Shown here one piece after another: positions 27,808 through 36,898 of a DNA stretch of 64,000 nucleotides. Under the pieces are notes generated by a model. The model ran no database searches. It worked only from the letters and a program-made list of their open reading frames with translations, and was not told where the DNA came from. A program made the position numbers and the translations under genes. Source of the stretch: an uncultured Acidimicrobiales bacterium (GTDB taxonomy: Bacteria; Actinomycetota; Acidimicrobiia; Acidimicrobiales; SZUA-35); contig CALKTH010000080.1 in assembly GCA_937997485.1 (NCBI GenBank), forward strand, positions 6,528 through 70,527. The letters run 5' to 3'. The stretch's first letter is position 1. Every line of letters starts with the position of its first letter.

Positions 27808-28998
27808 TCAGGCTGCGGCCCGAGCGACCTCGAGCCAGCTGTCGACCAGATCGCGGTTCTCCGCAATCCACTCAGCAGCGTGACGCTTGACGTCGTCCTC
27901 AGAGTTCTCGCCGTTGTTGTACTTCACGTTCTGAAGAGCAACGTCGATCACGTTGAGCTGCACGACCTCGAACAAGGCACGAGCTGCTGGGTTGTTGTCA
28001 GCGAACTCCTTGTTGGCCGTGATCTGGATGTCAGCGGACTCCCAGCCGAGGTAGCAGGGGTCAGCGGTGCAGGCGTCGCCGAGTGCGGCGGGCGGTGCTT
28101 CGCTGAAGTTCCAGCCACCTTCGGTGCTGCCATCGAGCACGTTGGAAGCGTCACCCATCGAGAGCCACAGGACGTTGTCACCCGGAATGAGCTGGGTGAG
28201 GTAGCCGGAGGGGCTCCAGGTGTACTGCAGGGTAGGCGTTCCGGCGTTCACGCGGTTGACCGACTCAGCGATCATGGCGTCATAGCCAGCCTTGGTCTGC
28301 TGAATGTTGTCCCAGCCGTTGAAGGCGAGGATGTCGTTCATGATGTCGTCGCAGGTCCAGTCTTCGGGGCAACCGAAGAGATCTGCAATGCCATCGCCGT
28401 CCTGATCGAACAGAGCGGTGAGCTCGGGATCATCGTTGATTTGACCCATGGTCTCGATGCCGTATTCGTCGGCAACGCTCTTGGTGATCATGATGCCCTC
28501 GAGACCAGCGGCGGGGAGTTCCTCGCCGAGGATCACGACCTTGTCGCCAACGGTGGATCCGTCGGTGAGCTCATTCTCGTGCCAGCTGAGGTGGCCGGAG
28601 TACCAGCTGTTTGCCCAGAAGTCGATCACGCCTTCCGCCATGGCGGTGTAGCCATTGGACGGCGGGAACTCGTTGTCTGCGGGGTCAGAGACCTCGTAGC
28701 CGAGCTCCGTCAGCATGGCCGCGTAGAGCGCACCCTGGAAGTAGCCGGTGGACCAGTTGGCCCGAGCAGCGGTGACCTGAACGCCAGCACCGGGAAGAGC
28801 ATCAGCAGAGTGATCCTCGTCCTCCATGGCGTCGTCCTCCATGGCGTCTTCTTCCATGGCGTCTTCTTCAGCTGCTGCTGGAGCCTCGGTGGTCGCGGCT
28901 GCGCCGCTGTCACCGTCGTCGTCGCCGCTGCCGCAGGCTGCGGCGATCAGCGAGAAGGCCATCATCAGTGCGAAGAGCAGTTTGCTTTTTTGCTTCAT
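27808..28998 (-). CDS. proX: Glycine betaine/proline betaine ABC transporter substrate-binding lipoprotein (OpuAC/ProX)
   Basis: ATG 28998 with GGGGAGA RBS. Signal/lipobox MKQKSKLLFALMMAFSLIAAACGS. The OpuAC-like body contains the Trp-rich stretch FWANSWYSGH. Operon with proW/proV. Confidence 0.85.
   Translation of the reverse strand: MKQKSKLLFALMMAFSLIAAACGSGDDDGDSGAAATTEAPAAAEEDAMEEDAMEDDAMEDEDHSADALPGAGVQVTAARANWSTGYFQGALYAAMLTELGYEVSDPADNEFPPSNGYTAMAEGVIDFWANSWYSGHLSWHENELTDGSTVGDKVVILGEELPAAGLEGIMITKSVADEYGIETMGQINDDPELTALFDQDGDGIADLFGCPEDWTCDDIMNDILAFNGWDNIQQTKAGYDAMIAESVNRVNAGTPTLQYTWSPSGYLTQLIPGDNVLWLSMGDASNVLDGSTEGGWNFSEAPPAALGDACTADPCYLGWESADIQITANKEFADNNPAARALFEVVQLNVIDVALQNVKYNNGENSEDDVKRHAAEWIAENRDLVDSWLEVARAAA
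28820..28864 (-). repeat. In-frame 15-bp tandem repeat x3 encoding the acidic linker (E/D)DAME x3
   Basis: ccatggcgtc recurs at 28824, 28839 and 28854. The protein reads EEDAMEEDAMEDDAMEDEDH just after the lipobox. Confidence 0.85.
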
Positions 28999-29087
28999 AT
29001 TTCTCCCCAATTGTTTGGATTGTTTCACCAGGCGGAGATTCCCACCCACGCGTGAAACCGGAAACACCGTAGACGAAGCGTGACTCG

Positions 29088-31289
29088 TTATTGAGTCACC
29101 ACCATTTCGTCGCCCAATGTGGCCGGATTTTCGTTGCCACTGGCGGCGAGCGCCGCGTCGGTGGCATCGATCAAGATGTCGTCTCCTGGGTCGTCTGCGT
29201 AGACCTTCTTACGCCGGAACTCGTTCAGTACGCCTCGGTTGCTGGCGAACAGGAAGAAGCCGGCAACCAGCACCAGGAACGACCCGGCGCCGCTGACGAA
29301 CTTGGCATCAGCAACTCGCAGGATGGAGATCACCCAGCCGCCTGCGACGGCCATCGCGGCCCAGCCCGCAGCGGCGCTGAACGTACTCCAGCCCCACTGT
29401 TTGCGATCGTTGATGCCCATCACACCTGCAGCAGGCAAGAGCAATCCGAGACCAACAGCAGACAGGGCGAGGGACAGCCAACCGAGACGGGAGCCATCCT
29501 CGCTGATGCCATCGATGATGATCAGCTCGCTGGCCTGAGCACGGTTCTGGATGTTCTGGATGTTTTGGGCACCGATCGCTGCAGCGAGTTCGCCCTCGTC
29601 CACCTGGCGGCGGACTTCGTCGAGTTCGGCTTGCAATTCGGGCGTCAGCACCGTGTCAGCGCGACGATCGAAGCTCCATCCGGAGAAGAGGGCAATCACC
29701 ACCAACAGGAAGGCGACAACGCCACCGAAGAGTCGGCCGTAGCCAATCACCGGCTTCATCGGACGAAGCGGCGAGAACGGAGCGATGCGAACCCACAGAG
29801 CGCAGGCGACGAGCATGCCCAAGGCCGCAATGAGGCCGAGGTAGGCGCCGATGCCGGTGGAGAACCCGCTGAGCTCCCCATTGGAGGCCTCGGCGGCGGC
29901 TGCGACGGTGGGCTTGACCTGCATCCAGTGGAAACCGATGGCACCACCGAACGCCAGCCCGGCAGACATCATCGCTCCATCAGGCGAGAACCAACGAGGG
30001 CCCTCGCCGGGCTTGTACATGCTGTAACCAACCGACGCGAGCACCATGAGTGCGCCGACGAGCACGAAGACACCGAACCACGAGCCGCCGGAGGCAGCAA
30101 GGCCATCGGAGCCCACGCCTTGGAGGGTGTCCAAGACTTCGTCGTCACGACGGGCATAGGAGCTGGCGTGACCCGCATTGGAGCCCCAGGTGAGGAAGGT
30201 GGAGAGCGCAGCGATCACGGCGGCACCGGCGGCAGCGAACATGATCTGCTGCTCCTGCGGGCGAACCGAAGCGTAGGCGCCGGATTCCTTCTTCTTCTCT
30301 TCCTCGGCGTCGGCCGCGGCCTTGTTGGCCTCCGCAGTCGCGAGCAGGACCTCGGGATCCTTACGGTGAGCCCACGCCATCTTGATGCGGGTGAACATGT
30401 TGAGACCGTCATCGGCTTCAGGCTGTGAGATGCGGTCGAGGACGACCGCCACGAGGAACAGCGCCAGGCCAGCAGAGGCGGCGAGAGCGATGTCCAGGTT
30501 GGACACAGCGCGGAAGACCAGGAGTCCGAGTCCACCGGCGCCCATGATGGCGGCGATGCCGATCATCGAGATGGCGAGAAGCAGCGTCTGGTTGAGGCCG
30601 GTCATGATCGCCGGTCGAGCCAGGGGCAACTGCACATCCATCAGCACGCGTAGTTCCGGAGCGCCATAGGCGCGACTGGCTTCGACCACGTCTTCTGGCA
30701 CCTGTCTGATGCCCAGATTTGTCAGCCGGATCAGTGGTGGGAGGGCGAAGATCATGGTGACCATGGTTCCCGGCACCACGCCGAAGCTGAAGAAGAAGAT
30801 GATGGGCAGCATGTACACGAAGGCGTGCACCACCTGCATGGCGTCGAGCGTGGGACGCACGACTTGCCACACACCATCGAAGCGGCCGCACAGGACTCCC
30901 AGCGGGATTCCCACAAGGGCACAGAGCATCACCGCCACCAAGATCATGCCGATGGTTCGAGCGGTTTCTTCCCAGTAGTTCGTGCCGAGGAGTCCGCACA
31001 TCGCGAGCGCCACGGCGGCAAAGGCGCCGATCTTGACGTTGCGGACCAGGGAACCGATCACGAAGAAGGCGAGGCACACCCAGACCCAGGAGATCGAGGC
31101 GATGAAGTTGTCGACGACGTTGTCCAGAAGGAAGGCAAACGGCCACCGAATGATGTCGAGGAGCCAACCCATGTTGAGGTCGATCCAGTCGACCATCTGG
31201 TCAACCCAGCCGCCGATGGGAATCTCGAACTGGTCGAGAATCTTGTTGTCGAAAAGTCCGACGTTTTCTTCCTGCGCAAGAATAGTCAT
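29088..31289 (-). CDS. proW: Glycine betaine ABC transporter permease (ProW/OpuAB) fused to a ~440-aa polytopic C-terminal extension
   Basis: The N-terminal ~290 aa form a BPD-type permease core (EASRAYGAPELRVLMDVQLPLARPAIMTGLNQT). Residues ~291-734 add a charged linker (AEEEKKKE) and about 8 further hydrophobic segments. ATG 31289 overlaps the proV TGA by 1 nt (GTG 31292 also possible). Confidence 0.85.
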   Translation of the reverse strand: MTILAQEENVGLFDNKILDQFEIPIGGWVDQMVDWIDLNMGWLLDIIRWPFAFLLDNVVDNFIASISWVWVCLAFFVIGSLVRNVKIGAFAAVALAMCGLLGTNYWEETARTIGMILVAVMLCALVGIPLGVLCGRFDGVWQVVRPTLDAMQVVHAFVYMLPIIFFFSFGVVPGTMVTMIFALPPLIRLTNLGIRQVPEDVVEASRAYGAPELRVLMDVQLPLARPAIMTGLNQTLLLAISMIGIAAIMGAGGLGLLVFRAVSNLDIALAASAGLALFLVAVVLDRISQPEADDGLNMFTRIKMAWAHRKDPEVLLATAEANKAAADAEEEKKKESGAYASVRPQEQQIMFAAAGAAVIAALSTFLTWGSNAGHASSYARRDDEVLDTLQGVGSDGLAASGGSWFGVFVLVGALMVLASVGYSMYKPGEGPRWFSPDGAMMSAGLAFGGAIGFHWMQVKPTVAAAAEASNGELSGFSTGIGAYLGLIAALGMLVACALWVRIAPFSPLRPMKPVIGYGRLFGGVVAFLLVVIALFSGWSFDRRADTVLTPELQAELDEVRRQVDEGELAAAIGAQNIQNIQNRAQASELIIIDGISEDGSRLGWLSLALSAVGLGLLLPAAGVMGINDRKQWGWSTFSAAAGWAAMAVAGGWVISILRVADAKFVSGAGSFLVLVAGFFLFASNRGVLNEFRRKKVYADDPGDDILIDATDAALAASGNENPATLGDEMVVTQ

Positions 31290-32512
31290 CACATGAACAC
31301 CTCTCGTTCGAAACCGTCGATCAGTTGCTCGACCCGACCGAGTTCTTCCATCATTCCCTTGGGGTCGAGCAAGCCGACCAACACTCCGCCGTCGTCCACC
31401 ACTGCGATTGGCAACCCTCGGCCAGCCGCTGCGTAGTTCTCGTTCAGCGTCACTGTTGGGCGGGTCGACTCGAAGTCGATCCGCAACGCACTGGCGAGAT
31501 CCGTGGTGCCCATCGCCGAGGCGCGAGCCGCATCTTCCGATGTCAGCAAGCCGGTCGGCCGACCGACATCATCCACAACGAAGCCCCCTGTCGAATCATC
31601 GATCAGCTCCATCGCTTCAGCGAGGCTCATCGTGTCTCGCAGCGCCTGGGTTTCGACCATGACGTCGGAGGTGGCGATGACTCGACCCTGATCGACGTCT
31701 TGCACGAACTCGGCCACGTAGCCGGTTGCCGGTTGGGTGAGAATCTCTTCCGGCGTGCCGATCTGCACGACCACGCCGTCCTTCATGATGCAGACACGGT
31801 CGCCGATGCGCAGTGCCTCGTTCAGGTCGTGGGTGATGAACAGGATCGTTTTGTGGAGCTCGTTCTGAATCTCCATCATCTCGTCCTGCATCTGACGACG
31901 GATCAACGGATCGAGGGCGCTGAACGCCTCGTCCATGAGGAGGATTTCGGGGTCGGATGCCAAGGCTCGGGCCAGACCGACTCGCTGCTGCATACCGCCG
32001 GACAGCTCGCTCGTGGCGTTCAGTGCGTAGGACTCCAGACCAACGAGGCTGAGTGCCTGCATCGACGCTTTGTCACGATCGGCCTTCGGTACACCCTGGA
32101 CCTTGAGCCCGTATCCGGTGTTGTCGATCACATTTCGGTGAGGGAAGAGCGCGAAGTGCTGGAACACCATGCCCATCTTCTGGCGACGGAACTCCTGGAG
32201 GGCAGGTCCGCTCAGCTTCTGCACATCGACCCCGTCGACGATGACTTCGCCGTGCGTCGTGTCGTGCAGCTTGTTCACCGTGCGGATCGCCGTGGACTTT
32301 CCGGAGCCGGAAAGACCCATCACCACGAAGATCTCACCCTTGCGGATGGAGAAGTTCACGTCGTTCAGACCGACCACGTGGCCAGACAACCGCTGGACCT
32401 CGTTTTTGCCGAGTCCGGCCCTACAGAGATCGAAAGCACGTCCTCTCGGCTGGGGTCCGAACAGTTTGTAGACGTGCTTCAGCTCGATCAGATTCTCGCC
32501 CTCGGCGACCAT
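31289..32512 (-). CDS. proV: Glycine betaine ABC transporter ATP-binding protein with C-terminal CBS pair
   Basis: In-frame ATG 32512 with GGGGAGAGA RBS. Walker A GLSGSGKST, signature LSGGMQQRVGLARAL, Walker B LLMDEAFSALD. Confidence 0.9.
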   Translation of the reverse strand: MVAEGENLIELKHVYKLFGPQPRGRAFDLCRAGLGKNEVQRLSGHVVGLNDVNFSIRKGEIFVVMGLSGSGKSTAIRTVNKLHDTTHGEVIVDGVDVQKLSGPALQEFRRQKMGMVFQHFALFPHRNVIDNTGYGLKVQGVPKADRDKASMQALSLVGLESYALNATSELSGGMQQRVGLARALASDPEILLMDEAFSALDPLIRRQMQDEMMEIQNELHKTILFITHDLNEALRIGDRVCIMKDGVVVQIGTPEEILTQPATGYVAEFVQDVDQGRVIATSDVMVETQALRDTMSLAEAMELIDDSTGGFVVDDVGRPTGLLTSEDAARASAMGTTDLASALRIDFESTRPTVTLNENYAAAGRGLPIAVVDDGGVLVGLLDPKGMMEELGRVEQLIDGFEREVFM

Positions 32513-32664
32513 TACTCTCTCCCCTGGAAGCCATCTGCCCCCGACTCGCGTGTGACGAGAGTAACACTTGTTTCGCCATCGGATGCAAGACCCTCTAACA
32601 AGATCCCTGCTCGCGCCCCGTTCCGCTGATGACGGAACGCCGCTCGAGGGGCTAGGTTTCCGGC

Positions 32665-33888
32665 GTGGCTCCAGACCAGGACGATGGGCAAAAAGCGGCT
32701 GAAACAGCCACACTTTTGCGGTCGCCGCGATGGCTGCCACTCCTGGGAATCGCCGCCGTCGCCGTCCTTGGATTTCTCGCGCTGTCAACAACGGCACCAC
32801 CGCCGCCTGACCCGCTGGTTGCGGCACCAACCACCGCGATCGGTGGCGAAACAACCACCTCAACCCCTACGGCATCGAGCTCGACCACTGCCGACGCGGC
32901 GCCGACGGGGAGCAACGAGGACTCCGTTTCGGAAGAGGCCGCCGATGGTCTCCCTCTGCTGGAGCCGATGGCGCGGGTTTGGCCAATTTCGACCTGGCCA
33001 GACGAGGTCGTGGTCAGCGACTATCTCGTCGCTGCGACGGAGCGCGCGTACGTGATCGTCGATCCTCTCCAAGGTGAAGTGACGGAGATTCCCCTTTCGA
33101 TGCAGTTGTCCGACCTCGGTGTCGGCCTCGACTCGAACACGTTCTATGGCCGCAACGATCTCGATGAAGCGGTGTACATCGTGGCCGGTGAATCCCGACA
33201 CGGCCTTCTCGCCAATCGCGTCGACTATTTCGCCATCTCCGCGCGCCCGGGAAGAGTGTGGATCGGCGTGCCCGCAGTGCCCGACCTGCTGCTCGAGACT
33301 GATCAGTACGGGATCTACTACGACACTCGACCACGGACCTCGGTGCCGAGCACCGATCCTCGCTATGTGTTCGAGCCCGGCGGCGGGTTGTACCGAATGG
33401 GGGGAGTGGCGACGGCGCTGGTTGATGTCGAGCTCGGCGATACCGAATACCTCGGGCCGCACGAACCGCTGGCCACGAGCGAAGACAGCGTCGTGGGACG
33501 AACCTGCGACGCCGAGCTCTCCTGTTGGATCGAACATCGCCGGGACGGCGGGAACTGGGAGCGAGTGGTGGCCGTGCCATCAACCCAGCGCCCCAACGTG
33601 ACGATCTCCAACGACGGACGTTGGATCGTGACCGATGTCCAAGGCGTTGCGCTCCACGCTCGCTCCGACGACGGCTTTCTTCCCGCAGGTCAATCCATCG
33701 TCCGGCCAAACGCCGAGTTCCTGAGCTTCTCGAACGACGGCCGACGCGCCTACTTCACCGAGGCGTCCGAGCTCGTGCTGATTGACCTGGGCACAGGAGG
33801 AGAATGGCGCGTCGCTCTCCCGGACGCCGTGACCGAGCGAGCGCTGGACTGGGTTGCGCTGCCCGCATTGGCGGCGATCGAGCGGTGA
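32665..33888 (+). CDS. Membrane-anchored hypothetical protein with Pro/Thr/Ser linker and beta-rich (propeller-like) extracytoplasmic domain
   Basis: GTG 32665. Single TM segment WLPLLGIAAVAVLGFLAL, then a low-complexity linker TTSTPTASSSTT. Repeated beta-strand-like blocks such as YVIVDPLQGEVTEIPL and LVLIDLGTGGEWRV. 7-nt gap to the SARP gene. Confidence 0.65.
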   Translation: MAPDQDDGQKAAETATLLRSPRWLPLLGIAAVAVLGFLALSTTAPPPPDPLVAAPTTAIGGETTTSTPTASSSTTADAAPTGSNEDSVSEEAADGLPLLEPMARVWPISTWPDEVVVSDYLVAATERAYVIVDPLQGEVTEIPLSMQLSDLGVGLDSNTFYGRNDLDEAVYIVAGESRHGLLANRVDYFAISARPGRVWIGVPAVPDLLLETDQYGIYYDTRPRTSVPSTDPRYVFEPGGGLYRMGGVATALVDVELGDTEYLGPHEPLATSEDSVVGRTCDAELSCWIEHRRDGGNWERVVAVPSTQRPNVTISNDGRWIVTDVQGVALHARSDDGFLPAGQSIVRPNAEFLSFSNDGRRAYFTEASELVLIDLGTGGEWRVALPDAVTERALDWVALPALAAIER

Positions 33889-33895
33889 GCGCTGA

Positions 33896-36895
33896 ATGAG
33901 CGAACCGCAACCAAAACCGCCAGCGCCGATCATTCGGGTGCTCGGACCCGTTTCTCTCCAAGACCCCGACGGATCCGTGCGCATGGTGCGCGGTCAGCAG
34001 GGAGAGTTACTGAGCATGCTCGTCTGTGCCCATCCGAATCCGGTTCCTCGTGACGCGCTCATCGACGCACTCTGGGGCGAAGACGCTCCCAGGACCGCGG
34101 CGACAGGGCTCCGAGTCGCCATCACTCGCCTCCGGGAGAAGCTCGGCACGAACATCGTCGACGACCCCGTTCCTTCGGAAGGTCGCGGCTACCGACTCGC
34201 CCTTCCGTCGGAAACGCTCGATGTCTACCTCTTTGACACGAAGATTCAGCGAGCGCGGGTCGACGCCGAAACCACTGAGGGGGTGCGACTCGCTCACGCC
34301 GTCCACGAACTTCGCGACGCACTGACGTTGTGGCAGGGCGAACCTTTCGCCCCGTTCGATGGCGGTGGTCATCTCGACCCGACGATCCGGCGCCTCGAGG
34401 AGCAGCGAGAAGGCGCAGAGGAGTTGCTCGTCCGGGCACTGCTCGATCTCGGGCACGTCGACGAGGCTGTCGCCCGGGCGACGAAACTCACGAAAGCCGA
34501 CGGCTTGCGGGAGAACCGGTGGGCTCTGCTCATGTCGGCGCTGTACCGCGCCGGCCGACAGGCCGATGCCCTACGAGCGTTTCAAGATGCCGCCCGTTTG
34601 CTCGGGGAAGAGCTCGGCTTGACTCCAGGGCCGGCGCTGATCGAGATGGAACGACGGGTGCTGAGCCAGGATCCGACCCTGCTCGGCAACGAGCCTGCGG
34701 AGTCCAGCGAGCACTCGACGCCACTGACATCATCGGCCGCTCGGACTGCATCGCTCGACGATCTGATCCAGACGCTCCGCAGCGAAACGCCAACCGTCGA
34801 AGCACCGACGACATCGTTCTTCGGGCGCGACGACGAACTCGAACAACTCGACAGCCTTCTTCGTGATCAGTCGATGGTCACCCTCATCGGTCCGCCAGGC
34901 GTCGGGAAAACTCGGCTCGCGGCGCACATCGCCCGAGGAACTCGAGACCGTCGAGTCCTGTGGGTCGACCTCGTCCAACAGGTCGACAGTGTCGTCGAGG
35001 AGCTCGCCGATCAGCTCAGCATCATGGCGCCACCGGAAGGGCTGGCGAGCGCCGTCGCCGTTGCCCTTCGTTCGGCGCCGAGCCTCTTGGTGCTCGACAA
35101 CTGCGAACGTGATGCCGATACGGCCGGTCGAATCGCTGAGGCACTGGTCCGCTCGTGCCCGACGTTGGCAATCCTGGCAACGAGCCGGGTCGTGCTCGCA
35201 AACGACTCTGAGCAGCTCTTCGATGTCCGTCCCCTTGCGGCTGCGGATGGTCGTCGTCTGCTTCTCGAGCGAGCGTTCGGTACCGGCGAGCGACCCACGC
35301 TGGATCACTCATCTGTTTCGCACGTCGCGGAACGACTCGATCACCTCCCACTGGCCCTCGAGCTCGTTGCTGGCGTCGTGAGACATCAGGGTCTTCACGC
35401 CGTCACCGAGCATCTCGACGACCTCCTCAACGACCATGTTGCCGAGCAACGGTCCGACACTCGCCACTCGAATCTCAATTCGGCGATTGCGTGGTCGGCC
35501 GAACTCCTTGATACCGATACCCAACGGGCCCTCGACGGGCTCGGCGTCACCAACGGACCCTTTCGCAGCACCGAGTTTGCTGCCATGTTGGGCGTCTCCG
35601 ACGAAGAAGCCCACCGTCAGATCAGCACGCTGGTCGACCATTCGCTCCTCGCTCGCCGCCACGACGGCAGCGGCGTCGAGTTTCGGGCGTTACAAACGGT
35701 TCGCCAGCACGCTCGACAGCGTCTGCAGACCTCCGGTGCACTCCAGGACATGGCCCGCCGGCATGCGAAGGCGTACCTCGGTCTTGTCGAATGGGCGATT
35801 CCGCGCTGGCGCGACGATCGCGAGCTCACCGCCGTCACTCGCGTCGGCTCGGCTGGCGGCCAGCTTCGCGCCGCATTCGACTGGTCGATGCAATCGGAGG
35901 ACCTCGCCACCGCGTCAGCCCTGGCCGTGGGGATCTGGGACCATGCGTTTCTTCGCATGGAACGATCCCAACGGTCGCTCCCACTCCTCCTCGCCCAGTC
36001 GACAGTGGTCGACGACTTGCCCAACGCACCGGACGTACTGGGGACGATGGCCATGGCGGCATGGACGCAGGGCGATCTCAATCGGAGCGCGGCGTACGCG
36101 TCGAAGGCCTTCGATGCAGCCAGCCAACTCGGGTTGCCACCCCCGCTCCGAGCGCTCCAAGCCCGTTTCAATGAAGCGGGCTACAACCAGCGAAACCAGG
36201 TCGCAGAGGAGGCGCTCACCTCCATTCTCGACTCCGTCCGCCGGCCGGAACTCGAGTGGGACCACAGTGCGGCGCTGGTTTCAGTGGTGCTCGCCCTGGC
36301 CCATCTCGGTCAGCATGCCGAGGCCCGATCCGTTGCAACACGATCCGTCGAGAAAGCTGAGAACACCGGTAGCCCGTCGGCTCGGGCGTATGCCCAATAC
36401 GCGATCGGCCTCTGCACGATCCAGGACGATCCCCGTCGTTCTCTTTCCACACTGCGGGAGAGTGCTCGGCTGGCGTCGACGGTGCGAAGCCGCTGGGTGC
36501 AAGGCCTCGCAATTGACGGCATGGTCACTGCTCACCGGCGGCTGGGAGACACGGTCAGCGCCGCCGCGCTGCTTCGGGATCTCATTCCCCATTGGCAACT
36601 CGGGGCCCAGGATCCGAGCGTGGCCGCATCGTGCCGCGAGGCCGCTCTTGTGTGTGCCGAGGCAGATCAGCCTCATCTCGCCCAAGAGGTGGCGACCCTC
36701 GCCCGGTCGCTAGGTTCCCACCATCCGCTCCCACCGTCTGACGCCCAGGCATTCGACGGGCTGAGTGTCGCCGAAACCACCATGGCGTCATCAGACGGCG
36801 CCTCGCCGATACCGACAACTCCAGAGGACAGGGTCGGGCGTGTGCTCGAGCTTCTGGAACGCGTGGTCAGCGAGGGAGCCAACGACCTGCGTTGA
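33896..36895 (+). CDS. SARP/AfsR-family regulator: OmpR-type winged helix + BTAD + NB-ARC (STAND) ATPase + TPR-like C-terminus
   Basis: 999 aa. The wHTH segment ends LRVAITRLREKLG. BTAD: LTLWQGEPFAPF...LYRAGRQADALRAFQDAARLLGEELGLTPGP. Walker A GPPGVGKTRLA; Walker B LLVLDNCE. Confidence 0.88.
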   Translation: MSEPQPKPPAPIIRVLGPVSLQDPDGSVRMVRGQQGELLSMLVCAHPNPVPRDALIDALWGEDAPRTAATGLRVAITRLREKLGTNIVDDPVPSEGRGYRLALPSETLDVYLFDTKIQRARVDAETTEGVRLAHAVHELRDALTLWQGEPFAPFDGGGHLDPTIRRLEEQREGAEELLVRALLDLGHVDEAVARATKLTKADGLRENRWALLMSALYRAGRQADALRAFQDAARLLGEELGLTPGPALIEMERRVLSQDPTLLGNEPAESSEHSTPLTSSAARTASLDDLIQTLRSETPTVEAPTTSFFGRDDELEQLDSLLRDQSMVTLIGPPGVGKTRLAAHIARGTRDRRVLWVDLVQQVDSVVEELADQLSIMAPPEGLASAVAVALRSAPSLLVLDNCERDADTAGRIAEALVRSCPTLAILATSRVVLANDSEQLFDVRPLAAADGRRLLLERAFGTGERPTLDHSSVSHVAERLDHLPLALELVAGVVRHQGLHAVTEHLDDLLNDHVAEQRSDTRHSNLNSAIAWSAELLDTDTQRALDGLGVTNGPFRSTEFAAMLGVSDEEAHRQISTLVDHSLLARRHDGSGVEFRALQTVRQHARQRLQTSGALQDMARRHAKAYLGLVEWAIPRWRDDRELTAVTRVGSAGGQLRAAFDWSMQSEDLATASALAVGIWDHAFLRMERSQRSLPLLLAQSTVVDDLPNAPDVLGTMAMAAWTQGDLNRSAAYASKAFDAASQLGLPPPLRALQARFNEAGYNQRNQVAEEALTSILDSVRRPELEWDHSAALVSVVLALAHLGQHAEARSVATRSVEKAENTGSPSARAYAQYAIGLCTIQDDPRRSLSTLRESARLASTVRSRWVQGLAIDGMVTAHRRLGDTVSAAALLRDLIPHWQLGAQDPSVAASCREAALVCAEADQPHLAQEVATLARSLGSHHPLPPSDAQAFDGLSVAETTMASSDGASPIPTTPEDRVGRVLELLERVVSEGANDLR

Positions 36896-36898
36896 TGC

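Noticed and set aside
27880-30428. Long plus-strand ORFs (27880..29055 and 29091..30428) opposite proX and proW
   Set aside because: They are antisense to genes with clear signal peptide, permease motifs and operon coupling. The translations are Gly/Val/His/Arg-rich without motifs.
33896-36895. STAND NTPase as an Avs/NLR-like antiphage defence protein
   Set aside because: The N-terminal module is an OmpR-type winged helix plus BTAD, which is the SARP/AfsR transcription-factor architecture rather than a nuclease, protease or other effector domain. There are no neighbouring defence genes.
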